Assembly: GCA_004764695.1 (NCBI GenBank)
Contig: SMSO01000032.1
Coordinates: 124,001 to 188,000 of the forward strand
DNA length: 64,000 nt
DNA from: Schizochytrium sp. TIO01
Lineage: Eukaryota > Protista > Bigyra: Labyrinthulomycetes
Direction: 5' to 3'
Of this stretch, positions 45,526-58,418 are shown in pieces. The first letter of the stretch is position 1; the number at the start of each line of letters is the position of its first letter. The notes below the pieces were generated by a model, which did not search any database, had not been told where the DNA came from, and saw only the letters and a program-made list of their open reading frames with translations. Made by a program: the position numbers and the translations under genes.

Positions 45526-47323
45526 GGCCCGCAAATCCCAGACTAAGGTTTTCTTATATCAAGCGAGCCAAACCAACACGATGTCCTTGATCTTGTGTAA
45601 CCAAGATATTAATGGAGTCTGCGTAAGCTAGGCTTCTTTGGGCCACCTTCAAGTTACAACTATGAGTTTTCACCAAGAGCAAAGGGGTAGTAGTGCTCTA
45701 CACTGTTTCACCAATGCAGATCAACTTTCCAGTTCTTAGTACGTTTAAAGGATCTCGCTGTCCCTTTTCCCTCTTGAGATACTCGCTGATTTGGTTTTCT
45801 TCTTCACGCGAGAGTGCTTCGGTTATCGTCAACTTATCAACGCGAGAAAGTGCGCCTCGTTTCTATGGACTTTTCCTCGTCGGCCGCTGGAGGTGGTCGA
45901 TCTGACGATCCAGGGTCCAAACCGCCAGGAAAACTTGCAAAGTCTCGCGACAACGTGTTCTGGGCGACGCGTGGTCTTCCTCAACTTCATGTACTGCCCG
46001 AGGCTAGCTAGCTCTCCCGCTGCTCAGTTACTTGAGAAGCACAGCTCTCCAATCTTGAAGAATTCCGAGTTCTCGTCTACAGAATCCTTGTTTTTCTCCC
46101 CGCAACTACGTTCCCTGTGTTACCACTCCTTAAGTACCTGCTAAGAGTAGGTTTTACACGACCAGGCCAGCGAGAAGACATTTCCTTTCGCTAACAGCGC
46201 TTCGTTGAGCACGCGGAAACGGTCACGGAGATACCATACTTCTGCCGACGTTAGGAACCGAGTCGAGGTGTCGGTGGGGATGTCAAGGATGTCAGGGCTA
46301 GCGTGCGAACGCGCCTCAGGTTGTGCCTCGAGGGTCCCAGTATGGCAATTCTTTACTTTCTTTACCCACCCCCAAAATTACACATTAAAAAGACTAAAGA
46401 GGAAACGGTGATGGAAAGAAACCACTCAGTCAAAGGCCGCGACTAAAAGAAAGAACTTTGCGAGTTGCCGTTGCGATCAATGCCGATGAGAATGGCCATC
46501 GCTTTACAAGCTTCCATTGTAGAAGATTCACTCGTGACATCAGATTATTAAACGAGCTTACCAAGACATGAGAGCATCGTGTCATTGACCAAGGGGGCGG
46601 TTGGGCTGGAGTTGTTCTTTTGCATCATGCTACAGATTTGGGTTTCTTCTCCTGCAGCCGTTGCGTTTTGAGCCAAACCAACGCCAGAGTCGGGGCCTCT
46701 CGCCTCCACTGGCAAGATTAAACGACCTTGTCACTACCTCTTGTCAGTTGACTGAAAAGTCAGTGTATCGTGAGGCACTCTGCTGCTGCCACACTGAGTT
46801 CTATAGACGCAGTGGCGATGTGAGGATAGCTTCGTGGCCATCAGAGCGAGGTCATTAGTGACCTTGACGAAGCGAAGCTTCAGACTGAGATCTTTGGGAT
46901 GTTCAACAACTCAGAAGAGTGCTGCATAGACTTGCCACACTAGGTCCTCTGGGAGTAGCTTGCTTGACTTCATGATGGCAATGGTTGACGTTGCACTGTC
47001 AATATTGAATTGTAAACAAGCAAACAAAAGCTTGGGAATCCGTTCGATGAACTTGTTCGATGGGAAAAGAACTCTTACGGGCAAGGGGCTATAGATACAA
47101 CTTTGGATATAGTATGAAATGGGTGCTGGCAGGCAATACCCAAACTCTTCATCCTTGCATTGGCAGACACGGTGCGGTGGGTAGCTGAACGCCGACTGTC
47201 TCCATTTGGAGGCGACCAGCTGCTGCGATTGATTGGTCCACCCGTTGTTGGTAAAGGGCCAACAAAGCTTTGGCGCGGGTTCCTAGTGTAACGAGCCTTT
47301 TAGCCACAACAGCAAGCTTCAAG

Positions 47324-48910
47324 ATGAACCTTAATGAGACATGGGGTGAGACGCTCCGTATGGACGTCATGACGAGGGGTCAACGAATCAGGTTTCTTCT
47401 TGCCTCGGCTCTCAGCTTGGGTGTATGCTTTCTTGTATCATACACTGCCCCTAACGCGTACTACGAAAAAGAACCCTTTGCTGGCATTGGTGAGAACTAT
47501 GATTTGCGCGCGTTTTCCTGGAGGCACGGCTGGATCTTTGGGAATAAATACTCAAATGACTTTGGGCTCTACTTCACTCCAACTGCACAGACTTACTTGC
47601 AAGATCGTATGTTTGTAAGGGATGTGCGTTTTCATCTTGAACTTTATGGAACTTCTTATGAGGGCGAAGAGAAGCTGTTGGCTAACGAATCTGTGACTCG
47701 TAGCGTCAGCTGCGAGTTGGCAGAAAAAGTGCATGAATGCAGTGACGTCTATGTATTTTGGGAAAACTTTGTCTCCTTCGAGTCGTATCGCTGGGTGATT
47801 ACTTTGTTAGGAGCAGATACAGCAGAAACTGATTGGCTCGACGCAGTGACTTTCATGTTCAGATCGGAAGGTGTAAATTTTGCTGTATGGCAGGTGCGTA
47901 TCAACTACTTGTGCTTTGGAATTTCAGTGGTTGCTTTGATTTATTGGTTTGTTGTATGCCGCTTCGAGAAGTCGCGATTCGTGGCACGAATTGCAGCTAG
48001 CAGCACATCAGAAAACGGGATTTTAGAGCTGGACGACAATGATGAAAGTGCAACGAACTCATGCTGTTGTGGCACTGGGCGAGGCTTCACGAAACTCTGT
48101 AGCTGCTGTTGCCCCGAGGCGGCTTGCCCTTATCGCACACCAACACAAAAGTGGGTTCTTGCTCTTGTAGTTGGAGCTGTTCTGTACAATCAGCCATTCT
48201 ATGGCTTCCAATATCTGCACACAGCAAACCTTCGTTATTTTTTTCTCTTTGTTTCCATCATGATGCAGTTCGGCTTTATCGCAATGCTCTTTGCCTTTTG
48301 GTTAGGAGCCTATGAGTCTATGTATAGTCAAGGTCCCTACCATGCTCTTTTCTATGCTCCAAAAATCGCCTTTGCAGTTATGTTTTGGCTAGCAACTGGT
48401 ATAGTATATGCAATTACAGCATTCACACGCAACTATTCCTATACATACGATTGGACTGAAGACAGCCATCTTTTGGCTGCAACCTATGTGATGTGTATCT
48501 CCCTCGGGCTGGTTTACCTCTGCTGCATCTTTTTCGTATGTGTTCGTGCAGGTGGACGTCTGTTGAGCCAGCGAAGCAATGTGGAAACGAGCACTGATTA
48601 CATCGCCAACACACGCGTTGTTTACTTTGTACACTTTTGGCACATTTGTGTGACATGTGTCGGGATTTTCTTGGGACTCGTTAATTTTGAGGATGTCAGA
48701 TTCACAAATGATTATTACTTTTTCCAATTTTTCTTCACATTCTATATTTGGGAGATTATGTATCTTTATCAGCCTGTACCATCATGCGGTTTGTCTTCAA
48801 AGGAGTTAGCCATGGTCTCCTTTCACGAATCAAGCTGTGCTGCTGTTGCACCTCGTGAGACTCTGGAAATTTCATCAAGGCCAGCAGAGGCTAGTTGCAG
48901 TCAAGTGTAA
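47324..48910 (+). CDS. TMEM181/GPR178-like multi-pass membrane protein (Wntless-related C-terminal domain)
   Basis: QKWVLAL..LYNQPFY, LFAFWL and FYAPKI motifs; N-terminal TM, luminal domain and about 7 further TMs. First ATG at 47324. Confidence 0.8.
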   Translation: MNLNETWGETLRMDVMTRGQRIRFLLASALSLGVCFLVSYTAPNAYYEKEPFAGIGENYDLRAFSWRHGWIFGNKYSNDFGLYFTPTAQTYLQDRMFVRDVRFHLELYGTSYEGEEKLLANESVTRSVSCELAEKVHECSDVYVFWENFVSFESYRWVITLLGADTAETDWLDAVTFMFRSEGVNFAVWQVRINYLCFGISVVALIYWFVVCRFEKSRFVARIAASSTSENGILELDDNDESATNSCCCGTGRGFTKLCSCCCPEAACPYRTPTQKWVLALVVGAVLYNQPFYGFQYLHTANLRYFFLFVSIMMQFGFIAMLFAFWLGAYESMYSQGPYHALFYAPKIAFAVMFWLATGIVYAITAFTRNYSYTYDWTEDSHLLAATYVMCISLGLVYLCCIFFVCVRAGGRLLSQRSNVETSTDYIANTRVVYFVHFWHICVTCVGIFLGLVNFEDVRFTNDYYFFQFFFTFYIWEIMYLYQPVPSCGLSSKELAMVSFHESSCAAVAPRETLEISSRPAEASCSQV

Positions 48911-51900
48911 TGAGCATGCAGCTAAATGGCTTGAAGCATAGGTACTCTCCCACAACTCTGGACCCACAATTTCTTCCGCCTTGTCACAGACATAAGGTAT
49001 TTTAAAAAGGGAACTAACTTCTTTTTCATGAAAGTAATTTTTACAAAGAAGCAGCTATGACTGATTATGAGTTTTGTTGTTGTTAGTAAACTGTGTTTTA
49101 ATAAACAAAATCCTTTTCTTTACAAACGGCTTTTAATTAAGAATGAATCGGAAGAGCCATGCTGGGTTGTAGAGGGGAAAGTTTATATACGTCCTAAGTT
49201 TTTATCTTTTATGACTTAGTTTTGATTTCGAGAAAATATTACGGTCTCATCAGAACTCATATGATTTATCTAATGACGTTTCTTCGCATTATTTAGCTAA
49301 TAATAGTGCATTACAATCAGTAGTTCATTGTCCAGGAAAACTTTAATGAACGCTTGTCGATTGTATCATGTATCACATTACATTTGCAAGAGTGATAAGT
49401 ATCAAGTTGTTGAATAGATGACGCCATTTGATGGGAAGGGGGATGAGACTTTAACATAAACAGTTAGTTACATACCTGGAACTTGGTCCCAGAGACTCCC
49501 GCATAGGTCTTCCGAAAATATTGCTTTGAAGTTATCCTCATTATTGCGCATTAGAGAAAAGCGTCTGGGTCAAAGTAATAGGTACGCACAAAGTGTTTTG
49601 TGGGAGTCCCACGTTGATCAAAAAAAGAAAAAAAAAAACTTATCATAGATTTGATATTAATAAAAGGGGATTTTGTGTATAGGGGAAATGAGTTTTATTA
49701 GAACTTGATGCATCAAAGTATCAATAACACTTTTTTTTTTTTACTTGAAGAAGACGTCCTTTCATTAAAGAATATGAAATAAACGGGAAGAATTAGATCT
49801 CGCCAGGTTAAGATTCTAACTGTAGAAGTGTATCGATCTCAATGGTTTTGTTCGTCAATTATTGGCGCCAGCTTGACCCATAGTTGTTTGTATTATTACA
49901 TATAGTTTACATTTTATTGATAATAGTGCGCACATGTGTATGTATAATCTGCTGCTGGTGGTGATCTGCTTCTGATGTCATACCAGGAAATTGGTACTGA
50001 CAAATGGCATTACGCACACTGGACAAGAGTACAGAGTATAGGAGATATATTGTAAATCTTTGCGCCAACATTAGCAAGCTTTCACCGGCTTCGTGTGGTG
50101 GTTAATTAGTACCTTATGTTACTTTGTCGAGCCAACGCCACTTCAGACGTCCAGTTTGCATCATTGCCTAGTTAAAGAAAGACATTTGTTCCCTCTTTAA
50201 TGGGCCTAGTATGCTAGATACCACCTAACTACTTGCTAATAGATAAAAGATGTTTAAAAAGGAAGAACTTCCTTTTAAAGGAAAAAGATCAAGGAAACAA
50301 TTCCACACCATAGTCAACGTGTAAGGTATAAAGCTAGCATATTTGTAAGCAAAGGGTCCATTGTTTTCAGCTTTGAAAGTGGGTCGATTCCTAATTGAAA
50401 GAGAAGTCACAGCCCTTCAATGCTCGTAGACTACCTATTCTCAGCTTGTCTGGCACAGCACTGCATCTCTATACTGTGAAAATGTCTTCTTCGGGTGCCG
50501 CCTTCGTCGTTCCTCTCTAGATCACTTATACATATATAAGTGCGATTATAGCTGCCGCGGACTAATGGAGATACCATCATGCTTGCCCTGCCACGTTCAA
50601 TTTAATTGTCTTTACTCAATATTTTAATTAAAAAAAGCATCATCGCCGTAGGACTTCGTAGTAGCAGTAGAGATCCCCATCAAAGAAAAAGACTGTAGAG
50701 ATTAGGTCTTCTGTGGTATTTTCATCTTTCTTTTTGGTTTTTATTAAATTTTTCCAATTAAAGCAATTCAATTTTACTAAATAGAGAACATGAAATCGAA
50801 GTTTATCGGTCCCTCCCCGCTGCTCGTTCTTGCCTGACTGTGCGAGGTACGATGATACGCTTTAGGTCCTTTTTGCGGAGAACTTGACGTCAAGGCCCAA
50901 TCCCAGCTGATCACAAACCTTTTCATAGCAGCTGATGATGGTGTATCTTTACTCTTTAAATTTAATCAGCCAGGGACGTTCTCTCATGGCAAAAGTAATC
51001 CTTAGATACCTATTTGGGTGTTCATGGCTGACGGGCGATTGACGCAAAGGCTGCGCAAAGCCCCATACTTGTACTCAATATTCATTCCTGGCTGAGAAGG
51101 TCCTTACTTATTGCGATGTCACAGTTCGGGCCCTGGCTCTTCTGTAAGTAAACGAGGGTGTATTTCCAACGACACTTTCTCGTTGGCGATAATGACCTCC
51201 GTTCTATCAATCGAGAGCGCGTGCAAGTCTACAAGTCGATATGTCCGCCAACCTATTTGCAAAGCGGTCCAACGCAGATCAGGTCGGTCTTAGTTTTCGA
51301 GCTCATGAGTTCACGTCCATTTCCTTCTTCTGCTCCTCGTTTTCACCACGGTCTCCTTGTCCAGAACGTCCGGCGGTCCACAGTGGTAGCGGGCGTCTTG
51401 CTCTTCCATCCCGCCCGTGTTTTGCTCTAGTCCTGTCCCTTCGTCCTTACACCAGACCCCTTTGCGCAAAGCCTTTTCTCGCTAAAGCACTACACCTTCG
51501 TTCTTTCATTATCAAATGAGACTCAGAACCTCTGCATTGTTAGGGATTCCTAGGTGACGCGTATATATATTCTGCTGCTGCTTCTTCAGAAGCTGTTCGT
51601 TTCCACCTTCTGTTACTTGCTCAGCTTGAGGTCCTTGATTTCGATACACACTCACTCACACACTCTTCAATCCCACACATCGAGTTCTGCTTATTTCTGC
51701 ATTCGCATTCTTTCGTTCTTCGATCGATTCCCATCTTGCTGGAGTTCCTTCCTCGACTCCTCTGCGCCAGTCCACAGAACGAACCCGATGCATCGACGCT
51801 GACCTTCTCCAACCAGTTCGACCACTCCAGTCACTCGAACTGATCGCATCGATCGCCTCAATCAATCCAAGTCTCTTCAATCCATTCGCTTCGCACTGTC

Positions 51901-51927
51901 CCACTTTACCCATGAACTTTAACATCC

Positions 51928-51998
51928 ATTCATCATTCATTTATGTATTCATCATTCATTTATGAATTCATCATTCATTTATGTATTCATCATTCATT
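51928..51998 (+). repeat. 19-bp tandem repeat ATTCATCATTCATTTATG(T/A), about 3.7 copies
   Basis: Units start at 51928, 51947, 51966 and 51985 (partial). Confidence 0.9.
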
Positions 51999-54568
51999 GA
52001 TCCATTCTTTTCTTCCTTCTGTAAGCCCTGCGCCGGATTAGAGGGGTGCCTCCTCCCGGTAGCACCTCCCTACCCCAATCTCTAGCACTCGCCCTTTACC
52101 CTTCTGCGGGCGGAGCGGATTCTTGCGCCGCGCAGGAGGCCGTGGCCGCTCGCATACGCATCGGGAGCCCCGATCGTCCTGCTCGCAGCGCCCGCGTGCA
52201 GCGGCTGTCTGTGCGCGAACCTTTTCAAGTTTCCTGGCCGCCTGCTCGCTGCTGCGGAGCGCAGGTCTCGGCCCCGTGGCGTCGCCAACTCGAGCTTTAA
52301 CGCGCCGTGTTTGCGCGCTGCCTTTTAAGGGGTTTGCGGCCTCCGCTCTTTCGGCCTCCTTTAACCCCACAGTGGCGCCGGCTCATGGGAGTTCCCTCAC
52401 CTGGCACCGCCTCTCTCCCCCACACAGCGCCCCTTCAGCAGCTTGATTCCCAGAGCTGCCTGCTTTCCCTGGCGTTCCTGCGGGATCTTCTTTAGGCCGC
52501 CTTGAGAGGGCGCCCCCTCTGCGCGAGACCCCTCCGGTCGGCCGCCAAGTGTCCCCTCCGGCCGTCGCGAAAACCTCCTTGCGAGAAGAATCTCAGTCCT
52601 TTTTGGCTTTTGAATCATTTCTTTTTCTTTCTCTCTTTCTCTCTTTCTGGGCTGTGCGCTGTTTCGTCGTGGTGGTGTCTCAAGCGAGGGATGTGGAAAT
52701 AAATACTCGTGAGGAGACGCCTGAGCAGAAGCAGCAGAAGGTGCCTGTCTCTTCAGGTGCGCTGGTTTCTGTTTCATCCCAGCATTAGCTTCAGCTCGCC
52801 ATCATACTTGGCTTCATGTCCCATCCCCAATTAACGAAAACCAGGCAAACAGACAAACAAACAAAAACAAACACCATCTCACACAATACTCGCATATTCT
52901 TTTCTCTTAATTTAACTATAAATAAATTAAAATGCTTTTTTAATAAAATGTTTTTAGAAAGGCACTTTATTTTTACTTTACTTTTACTTTACTCTTAAAC
53001 TCTCAGTTACACTCAATGTAGAAAGAAACCATTTTATCATATCATCAGTATGGACGCTTTGGTTCTGAGCCTCGATCGTCCCTCCTTCTGCAATCAATTC
53101 CCTTTGCTCGCGCGCGCGTTCTGCCTGCCTGCCTGCCTGCCTCTGCAGCCTTGCGCCAAGCCCTTGCGTCGCCTCGCCTCCGCCGCCAAGTCTTGGCGCG
53201 CCAACTCTGCGGCGTCTGCTCCGGTGTTTGCGCCTCTCGAGCGCTAAAGATTTGCGCTCTTTTCGCCAATAATGAATCAACGATGATCGCCTCTTCTCAC
53301 ACAAAGCCTGCGCCTGCCTAGGAGTCCCTAACCCGCTTGCTAGCCATGTAGATAGATAGAAATTGTTTGATATGATATGATAAGATATTTATTGTTAGGT
53401 TTTTATGATTATTGGTATCATTAGTTTGCGCTTTAAAGCTCTTTATTTTTATTTATTTATTATTTTTGTGTTCTCTTGAGCGAAGCTGCAAAGAAGAAGA
53501 ATCGATCGATCAATCACTTTGGGCTGGGAAGAGCGTGGTATGCGGCGGCGGCGGCGGAAGACGAGGGAAACTGGCTGGGACGTTGGGGAGGAGAGGCAGG
53601 CGATATGAAGGAGCGACAAGGCTTTCTTTCTTCGATATAGAACACCTGCTGCTGTTTTTTTTGTTTTTTTGTTTTTTCTTGCGAAAGTTTTATGTTCTCA
53701 TTTTGCATTTATAATGTTTAATTATAATTTGTTTGTTAGTTTAATTTAATATCTCTTGGTAGTTGTTTTGGGAAGTTTTCGTTTCTTTCACGATTTGGTC
53801 ACAGAAGCCAAATAACAACAAGAAACACATTCCAACGATCAACTGCTGATCTGATTTGATCTGATTTGGTTTGATCCGATCTGATCTCCATCGTCGATTC
53901 ACGATCGTGAACTGATTCTTCATCGGCATACAGGTCCCGCTGCTTCTTAAAACCAGATGCAGTGCACGTCCATCTCCACCTCCATGAGGCCTCACCTCTC
54001 TCAAATGCGATCGTGGCGGCACATCTTCGCGTGAACCTAAAATCTCGCCAGCACCTTTCTTGAATCAAATTGATCGCAATCATCGCAAGTTTTCACCCAT
54101 TAAGGTCAACGAAATATCGCTGCTCACGCCCAACAACCTGTGCGAACCTGTGCTTGAGTGTCCATGCAGCTCCCGAGACCTGGCGCAAGCAACGTCTGCG
54201 TCTCCGCCATGAGTTGAGCAAGGTCTTCTTCTGCAATGCTTGCTTCTGCACCATCAATATCACAGTGACCCATAAATCTTGCGACCTTTAGGAGTCCTAT
54301 CTCTGTGAAGGTCTCTCAATCCATGTACGAATTCACGAGATCTCAGTTCTGAGCGATCGATGGCGCTTCATGGCATAATCTCGACGCTCCGTCGATCTCA
54401 GCTATCTTCACGAAACCGCCCGCATCACACGCGTGTATTCCACTGCCACCGCATGATGATCGTGGACATCCACGTCCTCCACCATCGTCTCTTCGCAAGC
54501 TGCAAAAAAAGCTGTAAAGCCATCGTTTGCCCTGCTTTGACATCGATAACCAGCCAACCAACCAGCCT

Positions 54569-54601
54569 CTCAACTCAACTCAACTCAACTCAACTCAACT
54601 C
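54569..54601 (+). repeat. (CTCAA)6 microsatellite
   Basis: Read directly from the sequence. Confidence 0.95.
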
Positions 54602-54872
54602 CTCTGCGATAAAGAGGCCTGCGGATGCCTGCGTGAATGGCGTGAACCACGATCTCGGCAAGGCGTGCCGCACGACCTCGTGAAGAACCGCCCAGGAAGG
54701 AAACGAAGGCTTTCTTTGGGCAGTAGTGTCATCCGTTCATTTCCTGCAACAATCGGCAGCTTTGTCGCCCTTCTCACCGCTTATTAGATGGATTCTTCCT
54801 TCTCTATTAATTCTCACCTTCTTTCGATGGCAATCATTGCCAATATTTATTGGAAACCATCATAATGACGAT

Positions 54873-54904
54873 CATTCATTCATTCATTCATTCATTCATT
54901 CATT
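54873..54904 (+). repeat. (CATT)8 microsatellite
   Basis: Read directly from the sequence. Confidence 0.95.
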
Positions 54905-56182
54905 GCCATTACACTGCTTTGCCTGTAGGAAGACCCTAAGGTGGCCTACTCGAAGAAGTAGATTGGCGTTTTATGATTGTTTTATTTTAGTTAATAATTA
55001 AAAGTCAGTGGCTTTGGCTTTTGTTTTCGCCTTTGCTTGCTTGCGCTGGTTTCGACAGCCACGATGGCGGTGGTCTCGACTCCCCGAGCAGGAACGCCCA
55101 GGAACTGGGAGGAGTCAACGTCTTTGGAGATCTGCCGCAGAGCATTCATGGGAGATACCTTTCTGTGATCCTGCGATGGAGTGAAAGAATTCGACGAATG
55201 AATGAATGAATCACTGTGAGTGAGTGAGCCATGTGAGGAGGTCCAGGCAGTCAGGGAGGAGGAGAGAATCCTGTCGAGTTTGATCCTCAGCCAGGCACGC
55301 TTTCACACTGGTCTCGCTACCAGATGGGAATAATGGGTCCTGCAGAAAGTTTCAAGTTGCCCGTGCTTGACTAGGAATTTCCCACCAGCACCAGGAGCTC
55401 CAGCAGCATCTCACCTTGAACGGGAATGCTTCATGTTCAGCTGCCTTTACATTCTTTGTTAGTTAGTCATACTCCGAATTGTATCATCATTTGCTAAGTC
55501 CTTTTGCACCCTTTCGGGTCGGGATTTGTGATAATAGAATCCAGCTGTACAAGCGAGTTCTTTGCGCAAATATGCTTTTAGATTGGGTAGGACTTTTCTC
55601 TTCTTTCGTCGAAGCTATTATAAAGCATTGGATGGTGCAATACCATGGTATTGAATAAAACACTCTAAGACTCTTGTCGAAAACACCATACATGCATGCA
55701 TGCATGTATGCATTAATGGCCACATTTGCGAATACATCAAAGTTTGAGACGGAATCCGCATAATTCCACAACGAACTGCCAAGCGTTCAATCTGAGCCCG
55801 AATCTCGCAGACCTGGCGTGGTATGTACATCATCGTTGTCTCTGCAAGCTAGCGAGCTCAGCTTCAGGATTTCACTGCAAAGCTCAAAGGTGAACTCCTC
55901 TGACTCTCCCAAAGAAACAAACACCAGAGTGAGTGCGGGGCTGCCAGTACGTATGTATTACTAGGCATTGCTGTGTAACTCTGTCGCAGGTGATATTCCT
56001 GCTTCCACTACAGCTGCCTAAGACTCAGCCTCACGGCGCCCAGAATCGTAACGACTAGGAAGTGCATCTCACCAAATGGAAGGCTCATTGGGGAACACAG
56101 CGAGGAGTGAAGGCGCCGCAGAGTGGGTCCGTCTAGAAGTCGCCGCGAATATTTATTTCAGAGTACGTTGCACAAGAAAGCT

Positions 56183-56242
56183 ATTCATTCATTCATTCAT
56201 TCATTCATTCATTCATTCATTCATTCATTCATTCATTCATTC
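56183..56242 (+). repeat. (ATTC)15 microsatellite
   Basis: Read directly from the sequence. Confidence 0.97.
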
Positions 56243-58346
56243 CTTCGATATAATCTTATTTTATTATGCAATCGCTACACTTGCAGGTTCCAGGCGAACT
56301 TAATGCTGGCCTTTTCCCTTCTCATGTGACATGCCACAGCAGCTTCAATGATCTTTGATGTCTGGTATAGTGTCCTGTGAGGCTGTGGAATCAAAGTCAA
56401 TCGGAGCACCACATAGTGGAGCTGAGGAACCCGACCAGGACTTAAGTTTCTTCATTGGATTGGTCGCTGGCTGGTCTTACGGGGAGGCATGCACCATACG
56501 AGTTGAAGCAACGAGTTCTCTGCGCCGCGCTTGAACCTCAATTGGCTCAAAGATTGAGTGGTAGTCAGCAAGTTATAGATCCAGCAATCAAAGAAGTCCC
56601 GTCAGAGCAAGTCAAGTGCTGGTAGAAAGACTTCCGGAGGTGGCTTTCGGAACAGGAGCTGGAAGTCGTAGAAGAAGTCGTCTGCTGGGTTGCTTTGCTT
56701 ACTACCTTAAAAAACAAGTTCCTAAGTCTTTACAATCAGTCCTCCGTCAATCAGCAGCTTCGTGAAGTTTACTGCTTCGCTCATCGACGTGTCGATGGCT
56801 TTCTTCAAACTTATGTGATCTCAACTACTCTACTCATGCATTCGCAAGTCTCGCCGGCCACTCGCAATCAGTCATCGGCTCACAGCATACGCTAAAAAAT
56901 TCACATCGCCGGCGTTTAGGCTTTCGAGCAGAGTTGCTTCAAAAGCGGACCTGCACGAGCGAAGTTTGTTCACGCGGGCTCTCCTCCGCAAAGGCTTTGG
57001 GCGCATCGTCGTCAACTTCGTCCCGCACACAGCTCAGAACCTGTTTGCCCTCCCCCGCTCAGGGCCCGAGGAACATGGCCTGAGCAAAATCGAACCCGGC
57101 ATGAGGATGCTTGCTTGCGCAGGGAACCTCGAGGCACTTCGTTGCGCAGGCTCTTCGCGTCAGCAAGCGCAGGCGAGTATTATTGGTTTCGAGGTCACCA
57201 GATCAATCCTGAAAGCTTTCACATCGCCAAAATTTGATACGAAGATTTTTTATCATGAAAAAATAATATCTGTTTAAAGTGAAAAAATAAACAAAGAAGA
57301 GTGCTTCCAAAAACTTAAAAACAAACTCAAAAGAACCTATTATGACAATCTTGCATTAATTTTTACCCTAAAACACTTTCTCTTTTTAAAATTAAAATGG
57401 AAAGCTATTTTCAGAATTCTTTCATAGCGTCCTTTCTCGAGGGCGAGCAAGCAAATTGATGCTCGCCAAGCTGCGAATCTTGAACATGAAAAGCTCTCGC
57501 TCGCCGCAGCTTTGGCTATAAACAATCGAGACTTCGCGATAGAGTACCTGTATTTTGCGAGCAGCGAGGATGTCTGTTTCCTGCTGATAATCCCATCGAG
57601 TAGTAGCTACTTCGGTTCGTTCGAAATTAAGTCTATCCTTTTTGTGTTGCATTCGTCACACACGGGGCGCTGCCCGGAATGACGCAAGCCCTGCTGAATG
57701 AATTCCCATCCTGTTAGAACTAAGATGTGAAGATCTTGCGGTCTCCAGTTCATAGTTTAAATAAATACGCGGACTTCTTCAAGCTTCTTGCAATGTAAAC
57801 ATGAAGCCACTGGCTGTAAGTCAAAGTTAAAGTCAAAACCTGCACGAATTCTGCTCACCTTCAATGGCATATGCATGCATCCAACTCGTCGGAGTTTTCT
57901 TCAATCTAGGTCGCCTGATTCGTGGAATATCATTGTCAATTCTACTTGCAAGTTTGTTAGTGGACTGTGCTTTTAACGAACACGCTAGTACCCAGGTACC
58001 TACTACCACACGGTCAATCTGTACAGACGGCTGCTCAATTGGCACAATTGAACAGCGTCGATCACTCCAACTCCATCAGCCACACGGCTGCCATCGTGGT
58101 TTAGTTTGCAGCAATGGCTTAACGTCGTCTTCAAGATACCCTCCATTCCATGTTGTTCAAGGCACAATCCACAATTATGGGCGCACATGAAATCTGTAAA
58201 CCCAAAAGTACATCTCCAACTTCGTCTGGATCTTCCTTGAATTCCTCAAGCTAATACATTCGCCAATTTCCGGGCTCATCAGCCAACGTGAATAAAGTCC
58301 ATGAATATCGTCCGCTGAGATCGCTCACCTCTCCAAGCAAGCAATG

Positions 58347-58418
58347 AAGCAACTCATAAAGCAACTCATAAAGCAACTCATAAAGCACCCAATAAAGAAA
58401 CCAATAAAGAAACCAATA
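58347..58418 (+). repeat. 12-bp minisatellite, 6 units
   Basis: AAGCAACTCATA x3, AAGCACCCAATA x1, AAGAAACCAATA x2. Confidence 0.92.

Noticed and set aside
52255-52415. Minus-strand words resembling a cobalamin riboswitch (GGTGC, AGGGAA, GCCACTG, GAGACCTGC)
   Set aside because: The T-loop stem, GGGAAGG element and correct spacing are missing, the context is eukaryotic, and short matches are expected in GC-rich DNA. A cmscan search would settle it.
53326-53334. CCCTAACCC as a telomerase template or interstitial telomere
   Set aside because: Only 9 nt, with no tandem array or supporting structure.
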